Notes: a model not told the origin generated them from the sequence alone. Counted from the stretch's first letter, positions 1 to 15,200 are shown. The stretch is 64,000 nt of DNA from Podarcis cretensis (GCA_951804945.1 OX638149.1:83018001-83082000), one strand, 5' to 3'. A program made the numbers and translations.

Positions 1-95
1 CCCCATTAGCTAAAGTGGTGCTTCAGGTTAAGAACAGTTTCAGGTTAAAAACGGACCTCCAGAACGAATTAAGTTCTTCACCTGAGGTACCACTA
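1..95 (-). mobile_element. Tc1/mariner-type MITE, truncated by window edge
   Basis: Reverse copy of the 41354 and 50895 elements, ending AGGTACCACT followed by ATA. Confidence 0.75.
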
Positions 96-713
96 TATTA
101 TCATTAACTATACAGCAGTTCTGCAACCTAAAACTATACTTGTTAAGGAGGATGTTAAGTTCTACTAAATTCAAAAAGGGCTTACTGCAAATAAAAATAC
201 ATATGTTTTAAAGGTAGAGTATACATTAGTTATACTCTTGATCAGCCTGACTGCTAGAGTTGGAATGTTTATATGGTGAACATGACAATTTTTAGACCCT
301 GCTCATAGCTAAAACTGTATTTCAGGTTGTCAGTGACAAATCCTTCTAGGACAATCACCTTTTCAGGACAGAGGTTGAAATATTACATGTACTGTGCTGC
401 TGTGTGTGGTCCAGAGGGCAGCAACACGAGAACAAGCATTTTCTGTGACGGCTCCCCACTTGTGGAATGTTCTCCCCAAAGGGGCTTGCCTGATGTCTTC
501 ATTTACATATCTTTAGGCATCAGGTAAAAACATTCCCGTTCTCCCAGGTCTTTGGGCCTTTTTAACTGTGTGCAGGGGGGTTATTGTTTTTGTTTGTTAC
601 TATGTTGTATATTTTTAAGTTTTTATATTGTGAAATGCCCTTCATAAGACACGCCCCCCAAGTCACATAAGAGCCAATAGCAAGTGACCCCAAAATACAG
701 TGTTTTGCTTTAC

Positions 714-2143
714 CTGTTGCCCAGTAGTAGATATCCCAATCATTGCTGGGCTCATTAATCAGGCGATCATAAAGATCCAGCTGTTGCTCATTCATTCGAT
801 TCAGATTCTCTTTGGCAAAGAAACTATGGAAACAATAAAACAGCATACTGGGAAAACCAGACGAGGTAGAAAAAAATACCACAATGTAATAAATATACTA
901 CATTCTGGCTATGCAAGTGTCAGAAATTTCTGCACACCCATTCAGACAAACAAAAGGCATTATTACAGTTCAAGGTCCAGGCAAAAGCAATGAGGAGCAA
1001 GGCTACTGAGGGGTGTGGCCTTTGGAGAAGAGTCCCAGAAGCTGGATAGAGGGGCTCAGAGGGGAGACCACATTCAGCCCCAGGTTCCCTCTACCAGTTC
1101 AAGATAAACCAATGTCTGACTATACCCTTGATAACCAAGAGAAAACAGAATGGACAATCTTCTCCTTTTTCCTCTATAAGCTGATTTTCAATATTTCATA
1201 ACAACGCTTCCTAGCGCTGTCCTTGGATAAGGGTATTTCCAAGTGCAAGGAGAGAGCAACATTTCTTTTTTAAAAAATGTAGGTTTATAAAATGATGCAC
1301 AATATGGAGAAAGTAGACAACAATGATTTGTACTCACTGTTTTTCAGCTAAATTTCCAGTTGCATTTTATCAGTTTAAACTGCCCAGAGAACATACGGTA
1401 GTTTCATCATTCTTATCTCTGTTTTATATACATTATAAAATGAAATAACAATTATAATATTAATATTAAATATTTTAATATTTAAAGACTCGATTCTGAA
1501 TATGGTTACCAGGAAACAAGCCCAAGTTGAAAGCAAGGAGGAGGTTTAGGAAAGGCAGAACAGAAGGCGACGGCTCACCTGAGCAGGAGGCAGTTCTCCA
1601 GCATGCCCCTCTTGCGGCTCTCGTACAGCAGCCTCGCGCGCTTCCTCGCCGGGGCTTCGTGGGGCCGGGCCTGCCAAGGCGGCAGAGGGATCTCCAGCAG
1701 ATCCCGCCCGGAGTCGGAGGGAGAGTCCCCGCGGTAGCAGCACTTCGACGAGCGGAGGACGCAGGCAGGGAGCAGAAAGAGGCGCTGCGAGACAAACAGG
1801 CAGGGAAACGGCGTAAGGCAACCAAGGGCAGCAGCAGCAGCAGCAGCGTCCGACCCACCACTCCGTTACTAGGCGAACGCGCCGGAGCCCCTGCTGTTGC
1901 GACGGTTAGGGAGTCGGACTAGGACTCGGGGAGGCCGTGACGCTCAGGGGGTGACCTTGGGGGCCAGTCGCTGCCTCTTAACCTCAGCCTAGCCCACCTC
2001 GCAGGGTTGGTGTTGTGGGGCCAGGAAGCCTATGCGCTTCACCCTGAGCTCCTGGGAGGCGAAGCGGGGGACACGAATTCAACAAATGCCTAGATACATA
2101 ACGTGCATCTCCCTTTACTCACGCGAACGCTCAGCGCCGCCAT
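714..2143 (-). CDS. SDHAF2: Succinate dehydrogenase assembly factor 2, mitochondrial (exons 1-3; last exon left of window)
   Basis: Exons 2143-2123 (MAALSVR), 1784-1579 (...[53 protein letters not shown]) and 823-714 ([36 protein letters not shown]). All junctions are GT-AG and in phase. Carries the Sdh5 RGMLE motif and lies head-to-head with CPSF7 as in mammals. Confidence 0.96.
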
Positions 2144-3200
2144 CCTGGTTTCCTCCGCAGCCGCTCTACCCTTCGCGGCCCACCATAAACTCTCAGCTTC
2201 TCCACAACGCATGCGCCCTAAAGCAACCTCTCGGCCACCCACGCCCGCTTCGGAAAAGCCGCCTACCGAGAGGGGCCTTTTCTGTTTTTGTTTACTCCTG
2301 CGAGAGGTGGCACAGCAACAGGCCGGAAGGGGCGGACCTTGCGGAAGGGGCGGGGCTCGGCAGGGAGGAAGGGGCGGGGCAACGGGAGGAGGCGCTGGTT
2401 GTAGCGGTGAGAGGAGGAGGAGGAGGCGGCCGAGGACGAGGGGGGGTGGGGGTTCGCGCGCGCGTTTTGGGCCTGCCTGGGATTGCTAGGCCTTGAGCAG
2501 TATAACGGGCCCCGAGCGGCGCCGGGGAGGCGTCGGAGCTTCGTGGCCGGGGTGAGCGCGGGGGAAGTGGGCGGCGGCGGCGGCGTGTCTCCGTCGCAGC
2601 GCGGGAAAAAGGAGGCGATGGCGGGCGCGAGCGTCCAGGCGCGCGCAGCTATGGCGGCCCGCGGAGGAGGGGAAGCGGGAAGGGAGGCGGCGGCGGCGGC
2701 GGCGGCGGCCCGGCTCTCGGGTTCTCCGCTGCCGGCGGAAGGTCCCGCCGTCCGAGTGGCCCTGAGGCGGCGAGGGGGGCGGGGCCGCCTGCGCGGGATC
2801 CTCGGCGGAGCGGGGCTGCGCGGGAACGGGCCTGGGCTCTGCCGGCGGCGGCGGCGGCGGCCGCGTGAGGCGGCGATCTCACTAACCTGCGTCTCCTTCC
2901 CCCTTCCTTCTCTTTGCTCTGTGACCCCCGCAGTGCGGCTCTTTCTTCTCCCCCCACCCCCGGTTCTCTCGGCGGCTCCCCTGGAGAAATATGTCGGAAG
3001 GAGTGGACCTCATCGACATCTACGCCGACGAAGAGTTTAACCAGGTGAGCGCGGCTGCGGACCCCGCTGGGTGGGCGTAAGGGCTGCGCCACCGTCTCGG
3101 CGGGATGTGGAAGGGCGGCAGGTGAGCGCTAGAAGAAGAGGCGAACTCTCCACGAGCCCCGAAACTTCGGCCCGTGCTGAGGTCTCAAAAGAGAGGTTTG
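1480..3200. promoter_or_regulatory. CpG island / bidirectional SDHAF2-CPSF7 promoter
   Basis: Very GC- and CpG-rich. YY1-like GATGGCGGC over the SDHAF2 ATG, NRF1-like CGCATGCGC at 2208-2216, ETS CGGAAG sites near 2323 and 2342, GC boxes at 2330-2380, GGC runs near 2686-2708 and 2843-2860. Confidence 0.8.
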
Positions 3201-6200
3201 TCCTCAGGTGCGTTGTTAGGCTGCTGGAGCATCCTTTCCTTTCACGGTAGAAATACGAAAATCTCTGTAGAAGCAAATTCCGTTGTGTGAAAAGTTTGTT
3301 GAGTGAGAAGTGAATAGTGTTAAATCAGCGTTATAACTGGAGATTTCCTAATAAACTCCTCACATTTGCCAATTGGTGTGAATTGTTTTACTCTACAGGA
3401 AAGAAAACATCATGAACCAAATGAATGCATGTTGGAAGAAATGTTGAATCACTATTTGTGTGTGTGTGTTTTGGAATGTATGAAGTCTTCCTTTTAAAAA
3501 AAGAAATAGGAAGTTAGAGCATGATAGAAATAGAAAGTAATAGCATGTTAGTCTACGTAGTCTCTCAAGTGAGAGGTGCATTCCTGGAATCAAGTTAACA
3601 GTTGAGGATGCTGAATCTTTTAGAAATATGTAACCTGGGTCAGTGAGCAGACCAAGATTGTTGGTACAGTAGCTCCTGCATATGTGATTTCAAGTTACAT
3701 AGTATTCTGTCCCATTCGCCGCACCACATTGACACAAAAAAATTAAACATGGAAACTGACAGGCAATTACGCAGTTAATCACAGGCAATACTAGCACCTT
3801 CATAGGAAAAGATCCTTCAGTTTTGTGCACACATTGCTTGCAGTATATATACTTTATAGTCTAAAAAGTGAACAATTAAGTGATGTTAGGGGTGTAGGTA
3901 ACAGCAACTTTAGTCCACCTTACAGTTCTACTTTTCATGCCTGCTTATACCTAATATTTTTTGTTACAATTATAAATTGGGTCATCTTAGTTATTGAAAT
4001 GACTGTGTTTAATGGGAGAAAGAAGTGGGAAGACAGGATAACCTTTTCTGTCTGATGTATTAACTTTGTGTGAGAGTGCATTGCACTAGAAATCAAATCT
4101 GGTTTGTGGTGTATATTGTTCCCTATTGATTTCAATCCTCAAGGCTTGATTACTGTAGCACACCTTATGTGGGGCTACCCTTTATCTAGTCCGGAAGCTT
4201 CAATTTGTGCAGAATGCAGTGGCCAGACTGCTCAAAGGAGCAACATACTACTCTGCTGCTGAGGGAGCTGTTGTGGTTGCCTGTTTGTTACCTGCCTAGG
4301 TTCAAGGTACTTACATTAATTCACAAAACCCTAAACAGTACAGGCCTTTGCAATACAATTTTTCTCTTTAATGATGTTTTATTGATGCTTTTTGCTGCTT
4401 TTATTTTTATATGCTGTTAACCACTTTGGTATATTTTGATGAAAGTGTGGATTATAAATACATAAATAAATAAATAGAAATAAACACCCACATGTGTTTC
4501 AAGTGTGTGTTTATGTATTACTTTAAATAGAACATTAAGAAGGCCGTGCAATTCCATAAGCAGTAGGACTGGAACCAAACTTACACTGAACAGAATTATA
4601 CTGTAACCACAGAAACATGGCAACCAGCAGCCAGTTTGTTCATAATAACTCCTTTAGTGGCATTGTTCAGTGGCAGAGCACAACAAACCACGCAGGAGGT
4701 CCCAAGAGCAGTCCCTGCCATCTCCAGATAGTGACTGACTGCTGTCTGAAGCCCTGGAGAACCTTTGCCAGTCAGTCTAGCAAATACTAAGCTATATGGA
4801 CAGTGGTCTGACTTGCCTTAAACCAGCACCCGATATTCCTACAAACCTGGGCTGAGGGACGTATAGCTCCATATGCTTTAGGCCTCCCCCTGCTACCTTC
4901 TGTCCTGGGCCGCATGGTTAGTGCTCAGGGATGATGGGCATTGTAGTTAAGCACATCTGGGTGGGTCACAGGCTTCCTACATGTGCAATACTCATAGTCC
5001 TTACTCCAGCTAAAGATAAAGCATATAGTTTATATTGCCAAGGTCCCAAGTTTGATTTTGCCACCTCCAAGCAGCAGCATTTCATCTCCATTTTGTCCCA
5101 TCCTTAACTCCTGGTCACACCCATTCTTTCCTGTTGATTTATTTACCACTATGCATAAGTTTCATTTCACAAGGGTTCTAGTTTATGCTCATTATGTATC
5201 CCTGTATGTGGTTATAGCACTAGATTGATTGGTCTACAAGAGAGGATTAATACCTATATGTCAGCTTTCCTGTATCTTGGTTTGGAATGTGTAGGAACAT
5301 TTCCTCTTTTGGGTTGACGTTAGGGGTGCCCAGTGCTAATTCCCTCCAATGTCAGGTGTACATTCAGGTGTATTCATGTGCATGCCATCTTGCATTCACA
5401 ACTAGTACAAAGGCACTTCACTGTTTTCAGTAATTTTGAATATATGAATGCTGGTGAAGTTGTTGCAACATCACAAAGGGTTTCTGCTGCTGCACTAATT
5501 GTTTTTTTCTGACTGCATGGCTCTAGATAATGACCACATTTCATCTCTGGGAGCATTGGATGGATGGATGCTTGTCTCTGGAAGGCATGGGGTGTATGTT
5601 AAATGTTCCACTTGATCAGGGAAAATTTATTGTATTCTGCCTATAGTACCCCATTTTTAAATATTCTGTTCCCTATCAAGAGTAAAAGAAGTATAATACG
5701 AGTATGTAATGAATTAATTTTATCTATAAGAGGTTTTCATATTTCTACAATAGTTTTCTAGAGTAAAGGATTGTTCTTGTAAACTTGGTAATCTGTTCTG
5801 GCGAAGGTGTTCTACCCTGAAAAAGTTTTAATTACAACAAATCACTGGTGTAGATGACACCATTATAGCTTTCAGACAAATATGTTTTATATATTTATTT
5901 GAAATTCCTAGTTGTGGCAAGAGAAGAAACATAAAATATATTGAGGACCAAATCCTCTTGTTCAGGTATTGGTTACATAATTCAAAAACTTTATATGACT
6001 TTTGTGCACATTCATTGTGTGTGCTATGTCTATTTCCTGTAGTATTTCTGCCTACCATACACTTCATTCTGTATACCTTTAGCCACTCCTCTTTAATGTG
6101 TGCTTACCCAGTCTTCACCCATATTGGCTTGTTCCCCAGTGGATAGATTTAGGTCACATTCACAGCATACTTTTAAAGTACTATGATACCACTTTAAACT

Positions 6201-9200
6201 GTCATGGCTTCTCCCAAAGTATTCTGGGAGCTGTCTTTTATTAAGCATGCTGAGAATTGTTAGGAAATCCCCATTCCCCTCACAGAGCTACCACAGTTCC
6301 CACAGTGGTTTAACAATCAGCCCCTCTGCATAGGGAACTCTAGGAATTGAAGTTATGGGAGGGGAATAGGAGTCTCCTAACAACTTTCAGCACCCCAAGA
6401 GTGCTTTAAATGTATGATTTGAATGTGACCTTATCAGTGTACATGGTGAGAAAGAAAGAACAGTATTTATAGGCCTATAGTTGCTTCTTCATCATGTATT
6501 GCCAATGATGTCGTCAGCCACACTTGATCTGTTGCAGGATAAGAAGAATAGTGAAAATGTACCCCCATTTCTTCACTGTGTACATGGATGGAGCTTCCCT
6601 GGAGGCAGGTGGGGGGGCGTACTCTGGCTGTGGATAGCAACTTCAACTTGGATGGTGGTGTTTTGTGGTGGGGTATGGTATTTGCTACTATGTATGGCTT
6701 ATTCCCCACACTGCTTACCTTTCATGGGAACCTGCTTACTAGTGTGCATCTCCTTTTGTAAGTACAGGAGTTGAACATCTTAGCTGTTTGTGTACTGAGC
6801 AATGAGACAGGCTGCTTCTGGAGAGCCTGAAAACATAGTAAACATTGGACACCTGCCCTTTCTTCCTTTCTTTTTCTTATTTGAATCTCACCCATAGCCA
6901 TAGTTGTGACATCTCTGGCCGCTACACAAGTGCAGAGTTGCATCACCACAATGGTTTTGACAGATGCGAGCTATGTGCAGGTGTAAATGTTCCATTTGTG
7001 TAGGAGTAGGGCTCCTTTCCATGGTGCAAAACTTGTCGGTTATCACGTGTTTTTTCCACTATGGATAGCAGGGAACTGTCTTCACATTAGATGCTGAATT
7101 CCCAGTTCATGATCTGCCCTACCAGTCTGATCAGGTTGTGTGCATAGAGCTCATATTTTTTAATACATGTATTTCAGAATAGTTTATGTACTGAGTCTTG
7201 TTACGTGTTTGGTGTGTGGCACCTTGTGATTCCATGTGCTTGCTCAAGAGTATGATGATTAGCTATGCTCTTTTTTTCAGTTGGGGCTGTACCTGAACCT
7301 CTGCTTGAGGAACATGGGAAGCTGCCTTATACTAAATCAGACCATTTGTCTCTGTAGCTCAGTATTGTCTACAGTGACTGGCAGTGGCTCTCTGAATTTT
7401 CAGACGAGGGTATCTCCCAGCCCTATCTGGTATGCCAGGGATTGACCTTCTGATATTCTGCATGCAGTGCTGATGCTCTACCTTTCAGTTATGGCCCAGT
7501 CCCAGATCCTCTCTGGAGTGGGTTCTGATGTAATGGATGCTGCTGCCCATGTTATTTCCCCTTGTTTAAGAATAACTTGGTTCCCATAGCTTTTCAATGG
7601 GTTGTCTTTATATGCTAACCATTTCATTTCAGAGTTCTGTCCCTGTGTGTTTTGGCAGGAGGGTTATTCATGCTTGTTTAACGGTGGAGGGTGTGTGCTG
7701 TTTCCTATGAGGTAGTATGATGGTTATCAATGTACACTCATGGTCCTTGGATAGAATGCTAATGAGCAACATATTTTTTTCCATTAGTTTCCTTTTCTTC
7801 CATCTTAGCAGTATTAACAGTACACCACAACTTCACTAGTGCAGTAGTATTACATGGATGTGGGAATACACCTTTGGACCCAGAGATGCAAAAGTTGCCT
7901 GTAAGCTTTCTTGTCCATAAGAGAATCCACTGAAGAACTAGAGAAGACATGACTAAATAACAAGAACAATTGGACCAAGAGCCTGTGAGCTTACTGTATG
8001 TAGGGATTCATCTGGAGGCCTTTGTCAACTTAGAGCCTTTTCAGTAGTGGCACATACCTTATTAAATACCTTACCCAATGAGATTGTTTTTAAGTAGCAG
8101 GCAGAAACATGACTGTTTAAGAAGACTTTTGACTTCCTTCTCCCCACTCAGTTTAATTTGTTTAATGTTGTGCCCTTATGTGATTTTCAGGAATTACTTA
8201 TATTCTTCGACCTGGCATGTTAACAATTGCTCATTACCACTATTTTTTAGAATTGCTGCTCTTTTATGTTTTTACATTGTATGAAACTTTGTTTTGGAAA
8301 CCACCCTGATTCCATTTTCCCCCCTTAAAGGCAGGACATAGGTTTTTACAATAAATTAATTGTAAATTACAATAAATAAATTGAGCCAAGAATTTAGCAC
8401 TGTGTTCTAGGATAAAGTTTTGGAAATGGAAATCTCAATGTATGGAAGTAGGCTAAAGATTTGATCAAAGTTTCAGCAAACTATTTGTTTCCTCTGCAGA
8501 TTCAGAGTGCAAACAAGAATGTGTTGCAAATGCAGCTTCATGAAAAATACACATTGTAGAGAATTCAAAGCCTCTGTGCCATGCAAAAGTAAAGAAGCAC
8601 ATACTACGGCTTGGGTCCAGAGTTCCTGCAGGCAAAACTTCACTCAATCTGTGCTCCCATTGGAGGAAAGGAAAAGCAATCTCCACTGATGCTTCCTGCC
8701 CCCTGAAAAATTCTCTGAGGCGAGGGTGTTGAGGAAGATCCTTTGGAACCGCATGGGAGGTAGCAGGAGGAGGAAATCTGCAAAAATGGCCATCTTGGCC
8801 TCCCTCCAGCAGGAGCCATTCCTTCCACAAATGAAGGGAAACTCTTGATGAAGCCTCGTGCATTTAAATTTTGAAGAAAAGGGTCGGGCTTTCCATGGAA
8901 TTGAGCTTTACTCTGATTGTAAAAAGAAATAAGATAGTCATATTTCAAATTTGAAAAGGGTCCAAAGTAATGAAAAGCAAAGTATGAAGCTGGTGAAATT
9001 CCAGCTGCAAATTTCCTATACGGAGCTTTTTCTTACTCCAAAGGTTTTAAAACTCACTCTAAAAAATGTCTTAACAGTTCCTGATTCACTTGGAAGTACT
9101 AGGGTGTAGGGGTAAAACAAAAATTAACCCCAAATCTTTTCCTATACTGCTAAAAAAAATATTGTATGCTGTTATGTCTTTGGAATAGCAACTGCATCGA

Positions 9201-12200
9201 ATGGTCTTGATTCACTTTTTCAAGTTCCAATAAATATTGTTTGGCAAAAAAGAAAAAAAATTGAGAGCCATCTAGGATGCAGGGAGAAACTGTGTAAATC
9301 ATCAATTCTCTATTTGTGGAATTAGAAATTAATAAACTCTGGAATTCCCTCTTGCCTTGAAAAAGTGGATATCAGCATTGTAGTATCAAAAGAATGCAGT
9401 TTGAGTCTGAAGAGACACAACATGTAGCACTGTCTCCTTGGGAACCGTGGCCAGTGGAAAGAGAATCTCTAGGTGTTGCAGGGAAGTTGCTGAAAATAAA
9501 TAGGTCTGTATTATTTATTGAGACTATACTGTATTGTGTGTAGGGAAGAACTCTTGTGTCAGGCCTATTGCATGGTTCAAAAACTGCCCAGAAACACAGC
9601 AAATAAAATAAAAGCTGTTACCTATTTGAGACATGACCAGATAACCAAGAATGTGCAGGTCTTGCTCACATGATGCTTGCAAACACATTTAACATGATCT
9701 TTGGAAGGTTTCAATAGCATCATCAACAGCCACTACCCTTGTTCCTGATGATAAGTCATCAGGAAACTACTTTGTAGTATATGTGTGGGTGGTGTTGCTG
9801 GATATGCACTGTTTTCTCCTTCCCTGTAGCTTATGTGATTCTGCCTTAGGTTCCTGGAGGCTATTGGGGACATTCTTCTGATGGTGTGGGCTTTTCATTG
9901 CCTTGCAATGGCAGTCAGTATTTGCTACAAGGCTAGAGTGGTCTTGTGCCCCTACTGTCTTAGTTTAGTTGAAAGTGAGTATCACAAGCTGTACTGTGGT
10001 CTTTACTGAGGAAATCTAAATATATTTTTCTTGATGTCAGGAAGCTAACAATAAGTAAGTTTCCAATCTTCTGCTTTGCAGATTTAAGACGTATCCTAAA
10101 AATAGAATTAAGTGCTGATAGCTTGAAAATGTTGAAGTGACTTGATTTTCCTATCACCCTTTAATATCACTGCTGTTCTTAATTGATAACATTTTGTTAG
10201 TAGTAACTTTTCTTTTTCTTATGCGTAATATCCATTCCTTATTGCAGATTTGTCTCGTACTACTATGTAAAACTATTTCTACTGCTAGTAAGCTTTTTGT
10301 AGCATGTACTACTTTCTACTTGAAGACTTCCCAGTATTTGACTTTATAAAGATTGCTTGAAACAGGAGCTGCTGCTATGTTTAAAATGGTCTGAAACACC
10401 CAAGTTTCTTTTATTCTAGATAATTGGAATGTAACAAGCATATCACTAGTTCTATGAAACCAACAAATGGTTGTGACCTGCATCCCAATATATTGACTTT
10501 AATCCAATTTAGCATACTCATGCTAAAGCCCATTGAAAACAATGTAACAGGCTAATTGCGATTAAAAGTTCGATTCATTTCAGCGGAATTAAGCACATCC
10601 ATCTGAAATTAAGACAGTGACCATGATTCAGTACATGCCAGAAATCTGATGTTCTTGATAACATATGATAAATAGTTGAATTCAAACCCATAACAAATGC
10701 TAGAATTTGATTGTTTATATCCTGCATGAGTTTTTGCAGTCTTGCTAGTTTAAAACATTGAAGAATCCTTCCGGTGGGAAGCCATACCTTACAATAATCT
10801 GTGAATTACAGTAATAGTAATGTGTATTTGTTTTATTTATTCAATCTATTAGTTGCTTTTTTACCAGAGAAACACAAAGCGACTTTGAGTATATAAACAG
10901 ACACACACATTAAAACTGGCATAAAGGAAAAGAGGAAAAAATCTGAAAAATAACCCTGTTTTTAAAAGGCAGTACAAGCTTTATGTTCTAGCTGCTGCTG
11001 TGTATACAAATTGGGCCAGATTATGTTGCATGGGAAGATGAAAATTTTATATACCACTCTACATAATACTGAATTTCATATATATATATAGAGAGAGAGT
11101 GTGTGTGTTTAGTTGTTTATATCCCATTGTTACTGCATTCCATCTTCTAGATAACTTTAGGCTGATAGGAATTATACATGTGTGTGCATAATGTGCATAT
11201 TCATGTATTAGAATTCTTTTACAGTGCATTTTTTTAGCTAGCAAAGGATTGCAGTGTGAATCACAGAAGACTATAACTACATTTTCAGAAGACCAGTGAA
11301 ATATCATTAGAGTTTCAATATAATTGTTTGCTTCTGATAGTGACTCTTTAAATGTTGTGAGGATGAAATAGTACTGCATGATACCTAACTCCTCTGAAGA
11401 AAAATGTAGAGGCTGATTTCTAGTGGAGTTCAGTATAAATCTTGACACAACCTGATCACCTTTCATGAGCAGCCTGCAACATGATACTGCTCAAATAATC
11501 CAAAATAGGGAAAGAAACCAAGAGGCCTTTCTGCCAAGTTGAGTGGCCTCTTATAGAGGTTGGTGGTTATGCTATATGTGATACTCCTTCACTGCATATA
11601 TGCAACAAGGAAATACCGCTCATTGGAGCAGTGAGGAAAATGAGATGGGTCTGCACACAGTGTAGATTGGGGGAGGGGGGGTGTAAAAATGTGGTTCGAT
11701 TACCCAGTCCTCCACAAAGAATGGAGAGGCAAAACGTCTTGTGCAGTAATAGATGGCAGTGAAACATGCATTCTCCTCATCTCAGAGAAAATGATGGGGA
11801 GCTTGGGGCTACATGAAATAGCTAGTCCTACTATACTCTTTGCTCTTCCTTGCAACTAGCAAAAAGAGCACGCTTCTTTTTGAGAAGCAGGTTTTACATT
11901 ATTACTTAAATTCTAGAAAATTATTATTTGGTATAGGTGTGCTGCTATTCTGTTACGAAAAGAACTAATGTGGAGAATTGGCCCTGCTTCGGCTCTGCGT
12001 GTGCTCAGTGATATCTTGTGTCTTCTAGGACTCTGAGTTTAGTAATGCTGACCAGATGGATCTATATGACGACGTGCTAGCTGCCAGCTCACAACCTTCT
12101 GAAAGTTGCCCTAGCAGCTCCGAGCCACCACCCGAAAACCGTCAAGAGCAGTCTCCTAAGCCAAACAGCAAATCACCTGCTATCCTGTATACCTACAGTG

Positions 12201-15200
12201 GGCTGCGTAATAAGAGGGCTGCTGTTTATGTAGGCAGCTTCTCTTGGGTGAGTGCGTTCCATAATCGGAGCAGAAAGTAAAGGGCCTAACAAAAACAAAA
12301 CATTTGTGTGGAAAGGCTGCATCTGCACTTTAATCTTACTGCAGATGCACTGTTCTTTAATAGAGTATAGAGCCCCATGTGGGTGGGTAGGTTTTATGCT
12401 GCTTGCCAACCTCAGTCCTCACAACACATTGGATAAATAACTAGAAGCATTGTTCATTATGACACATTGCTCTGTTTAGGACATTTTTATCCTGCTTTTC
12501 TCACAAAGACTCAACAGTGGCTTCAAATAAATATGCTACAGCAACATAGTATTCCGTACTATGCTAAAAAGCAACACATCTCAGAGTTGGAGAATATGAT
12601 GCTCTTGCATTAGCAGGGTAACTTTTAAGAGAAGAGGATTTAACACATTTAAGATACATCAGAAAATATGATAATAGTAGAATTGAGGCCCTTAAAACGC
12701 CATGATAGAGACATTTTCACAAATTTTTCTGTAGCTGGCATACAGGTATGAGAGTTTTCTATGAATGAATCTCTTAGGACCTGAGTAAGTCATATTGGGC
12801 CTGCTGTGTCATGATTTAGGGTGTGTACACTCATCACTGCCCTAAGTGCATGCAGTTCTCTTTAATACCTGTGGTATGTGCTGGGAAAGGGATTGCTGCT
12901 GCTGCTCCTTCAGTTACGTAGGTCTGTCTAGAACTTTCATCTTCTAGGAAGATACATGTTCACACATGTACGTGCTCACACATCTGCAGCTCCAAAAGTG
13001 ATTGTAGTGGGAGGGGTTTAATCAAATGTTCCTTCATTAGACTATACCAGGAACAGTATAGGAGCTTGAGAAGGATGAGTTCTCTTACTAATATAAGATG
13101 ATGTGGGTTCTCTAAAAGGTTTCAGGTTATAATGTAATTTTCTGCTTCTTCATACATAGTGGACAACTGACCAGCAGCTGACCCGAATAATCCGTTCTGT
13201 GGGTGTTTATGATGTGGTGGAACTCAAGTTTGCTGAGAACAGAGCCAATGGCCAGTCCAAAGGGTGAGCACTCCAAGACTGCTTCAAAAAAGGACCCATC
13301 ATTCGGGGCTGTTATTGTGGGAGGAATGATCTAGGGACCAGTGTGGTTGATAATGGTGTGCACTTAAGTCTGGTTTTCTTGCTATTTTTTTAAGGTGGCC
13401 TTAGAAGTCCCTGTAACTGTCCGGTTTGGATGCCACTGCCTTCAAACTAAATGACTACTTGTTATATGTGATTCACGAAGGCGGTGGGCTCTGTCCAATT
13501 CTGCAGAGCGATCCCTTGTCAATGTGCTATTTGCTGCTGCTCTTAATGACAGCTTTAATTTGGAGAGCATGGAGCTGAAAATTCTGCACTGTTAATGACA
13601 CTGTGCTTGTGGACAGCGGGGTTGGCCTGAGAAATCGATCAAATTGGGAATGAGAGAACCTTGGGCCTGTGGACCCCATCTGGCCATCAGAGGATTCCCA
13701 TCCAGCCTCCACAGCCTCTTGTTCTTGGCTCCTGGGCTGGCTGTGAAGGGCAGTGTTAGAAACTGGGATAGGAATACTAGGAGCCATGTGGGTGCCAAAC
13801 CAAAATGTGTAGTGGCCCATTTTTATTGCTCCCCCCACCCCCACCAGACCAGGCAGCCCCACAGCAATAAAAATTAAAATTGCTGCTGGGTGACTCAGGA
13901 GGTATGCAGTGTAGTGTGGCAGCAAAAGACAAGTCTTCTGCTACCTCTCTACCCTGCCAAACACCTGGTTCACCTGGCAGCGGAGCAGCAGCAAAAAACA
14001 AAGACAGATGGAGATGCTAGGCACCAAAAGTGGTGCCTGGACATCTCCATCAAGTTGCAAAAGGCCAATTGCAAAATGTGACTGGTGCCCGCTAATTTCA
14101 AACCCTGGTGGAACGAGCTCTCTGTCTCCCAAGCTATCACAGTGGGAGATAAAGGGATGAAACCCCTTACCTCTCGCTCCTGACATGGATTGGGCCCCCA
14201 CACCTGCAATTTGCCGGGAGGGGGGCACTCACATAGGAACAAATGGGAGGTTTCCCCTCAATGCATCTGTGTGTATGCGAGAGAGATAAATGTAATGAAT
14301 GGTGTGAGCTCATATGTGTGAGCAGATGAGGATGTGGGGGGTGAGAGAGGGAGTGTTGTGGCCCTGTCCAATTTTTCCTCCCATCCCACCCACCAATGCT
14401 ATATAGCAGTGACATTTTGTAGACCTTGGGTGGGGGAAGATTTCTTGTCTTGGATTAGATGACATTCCTTACTAGAAGTTGCTGACAGTCTTCAGTTCTT
14501 TTTCCTCTGTGACCAGGTACGCAGAAGTGGTGGTTGCCTCTGAGAACTCCGTCCACAAACTTCTGGAGCTGCTACCAGGGAAGATTCTCAACGGAGATAA
14601 AGTGGAAGTGAAGTTGGCTACCCGGCAGAACCTTGCACAGTTTGAGGCTCAGGCTCGAAAAAGTAAGTTTAGATGGGGGTTGCATTTGCTAAGTAGGGAA
14701 CAAGGCAGAAATACAGGGCATTGGTTAGGTCTTAGAGAAACCTGAGCAGAGCTTAAGTTACAGTTGGATGTGTATGAATATCCAGGTGTCCATGTATATT
14801 TCCTTTTTCTGTTGCTGCTGAGTGATGCCCAAGTAGATTTTATTATCCCCTTGCATGATTTGTTGCATGATTTGAGGCACGCTTCAAACTGAATGGGCTT
14901 AAGCTATTGAAGCTGTTATAGCTAGGACCACCCCCAGCTCCTCTCTGAACCTTCTCCAGAATTTGTGCAGCCCTGAAAAGGTAAGGTGCCCTGTATTGGA
15001 TGCAGTGCTCCAGCTGAGGCCTTACCTCTTGGTCATATAATTCATTTACTATTATTTATAAAACACATATCCCACCCTTTCTCCCAAAGGAGCCCAGGGT
15101 GGCAAAGGAGGACCATAATAGATGGCCCTGCTTGTCAATTTCTGTGAAAGGTATGCTGTTGTATGTACTATCTGACTTAGTAAGTGGAGAAGAGGACAGT

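Noticed and set aside
1475-3276. Many overlapping Arg/Gly/Ala/Pro-rich ORFs up to 185 aa
   Set aside because: By-products of a stop-poor CpG island; the real coding parts are the short SDHAF2 and CPSF7 exons.
8465-8948. ORFs and a strong-looking acceptor at 8499 in CPSF7 intron 2
   Set aside because: The in-phase frame stops after 19 codons, and there is no clear donor or homology, so it cannot be supported as an exon.
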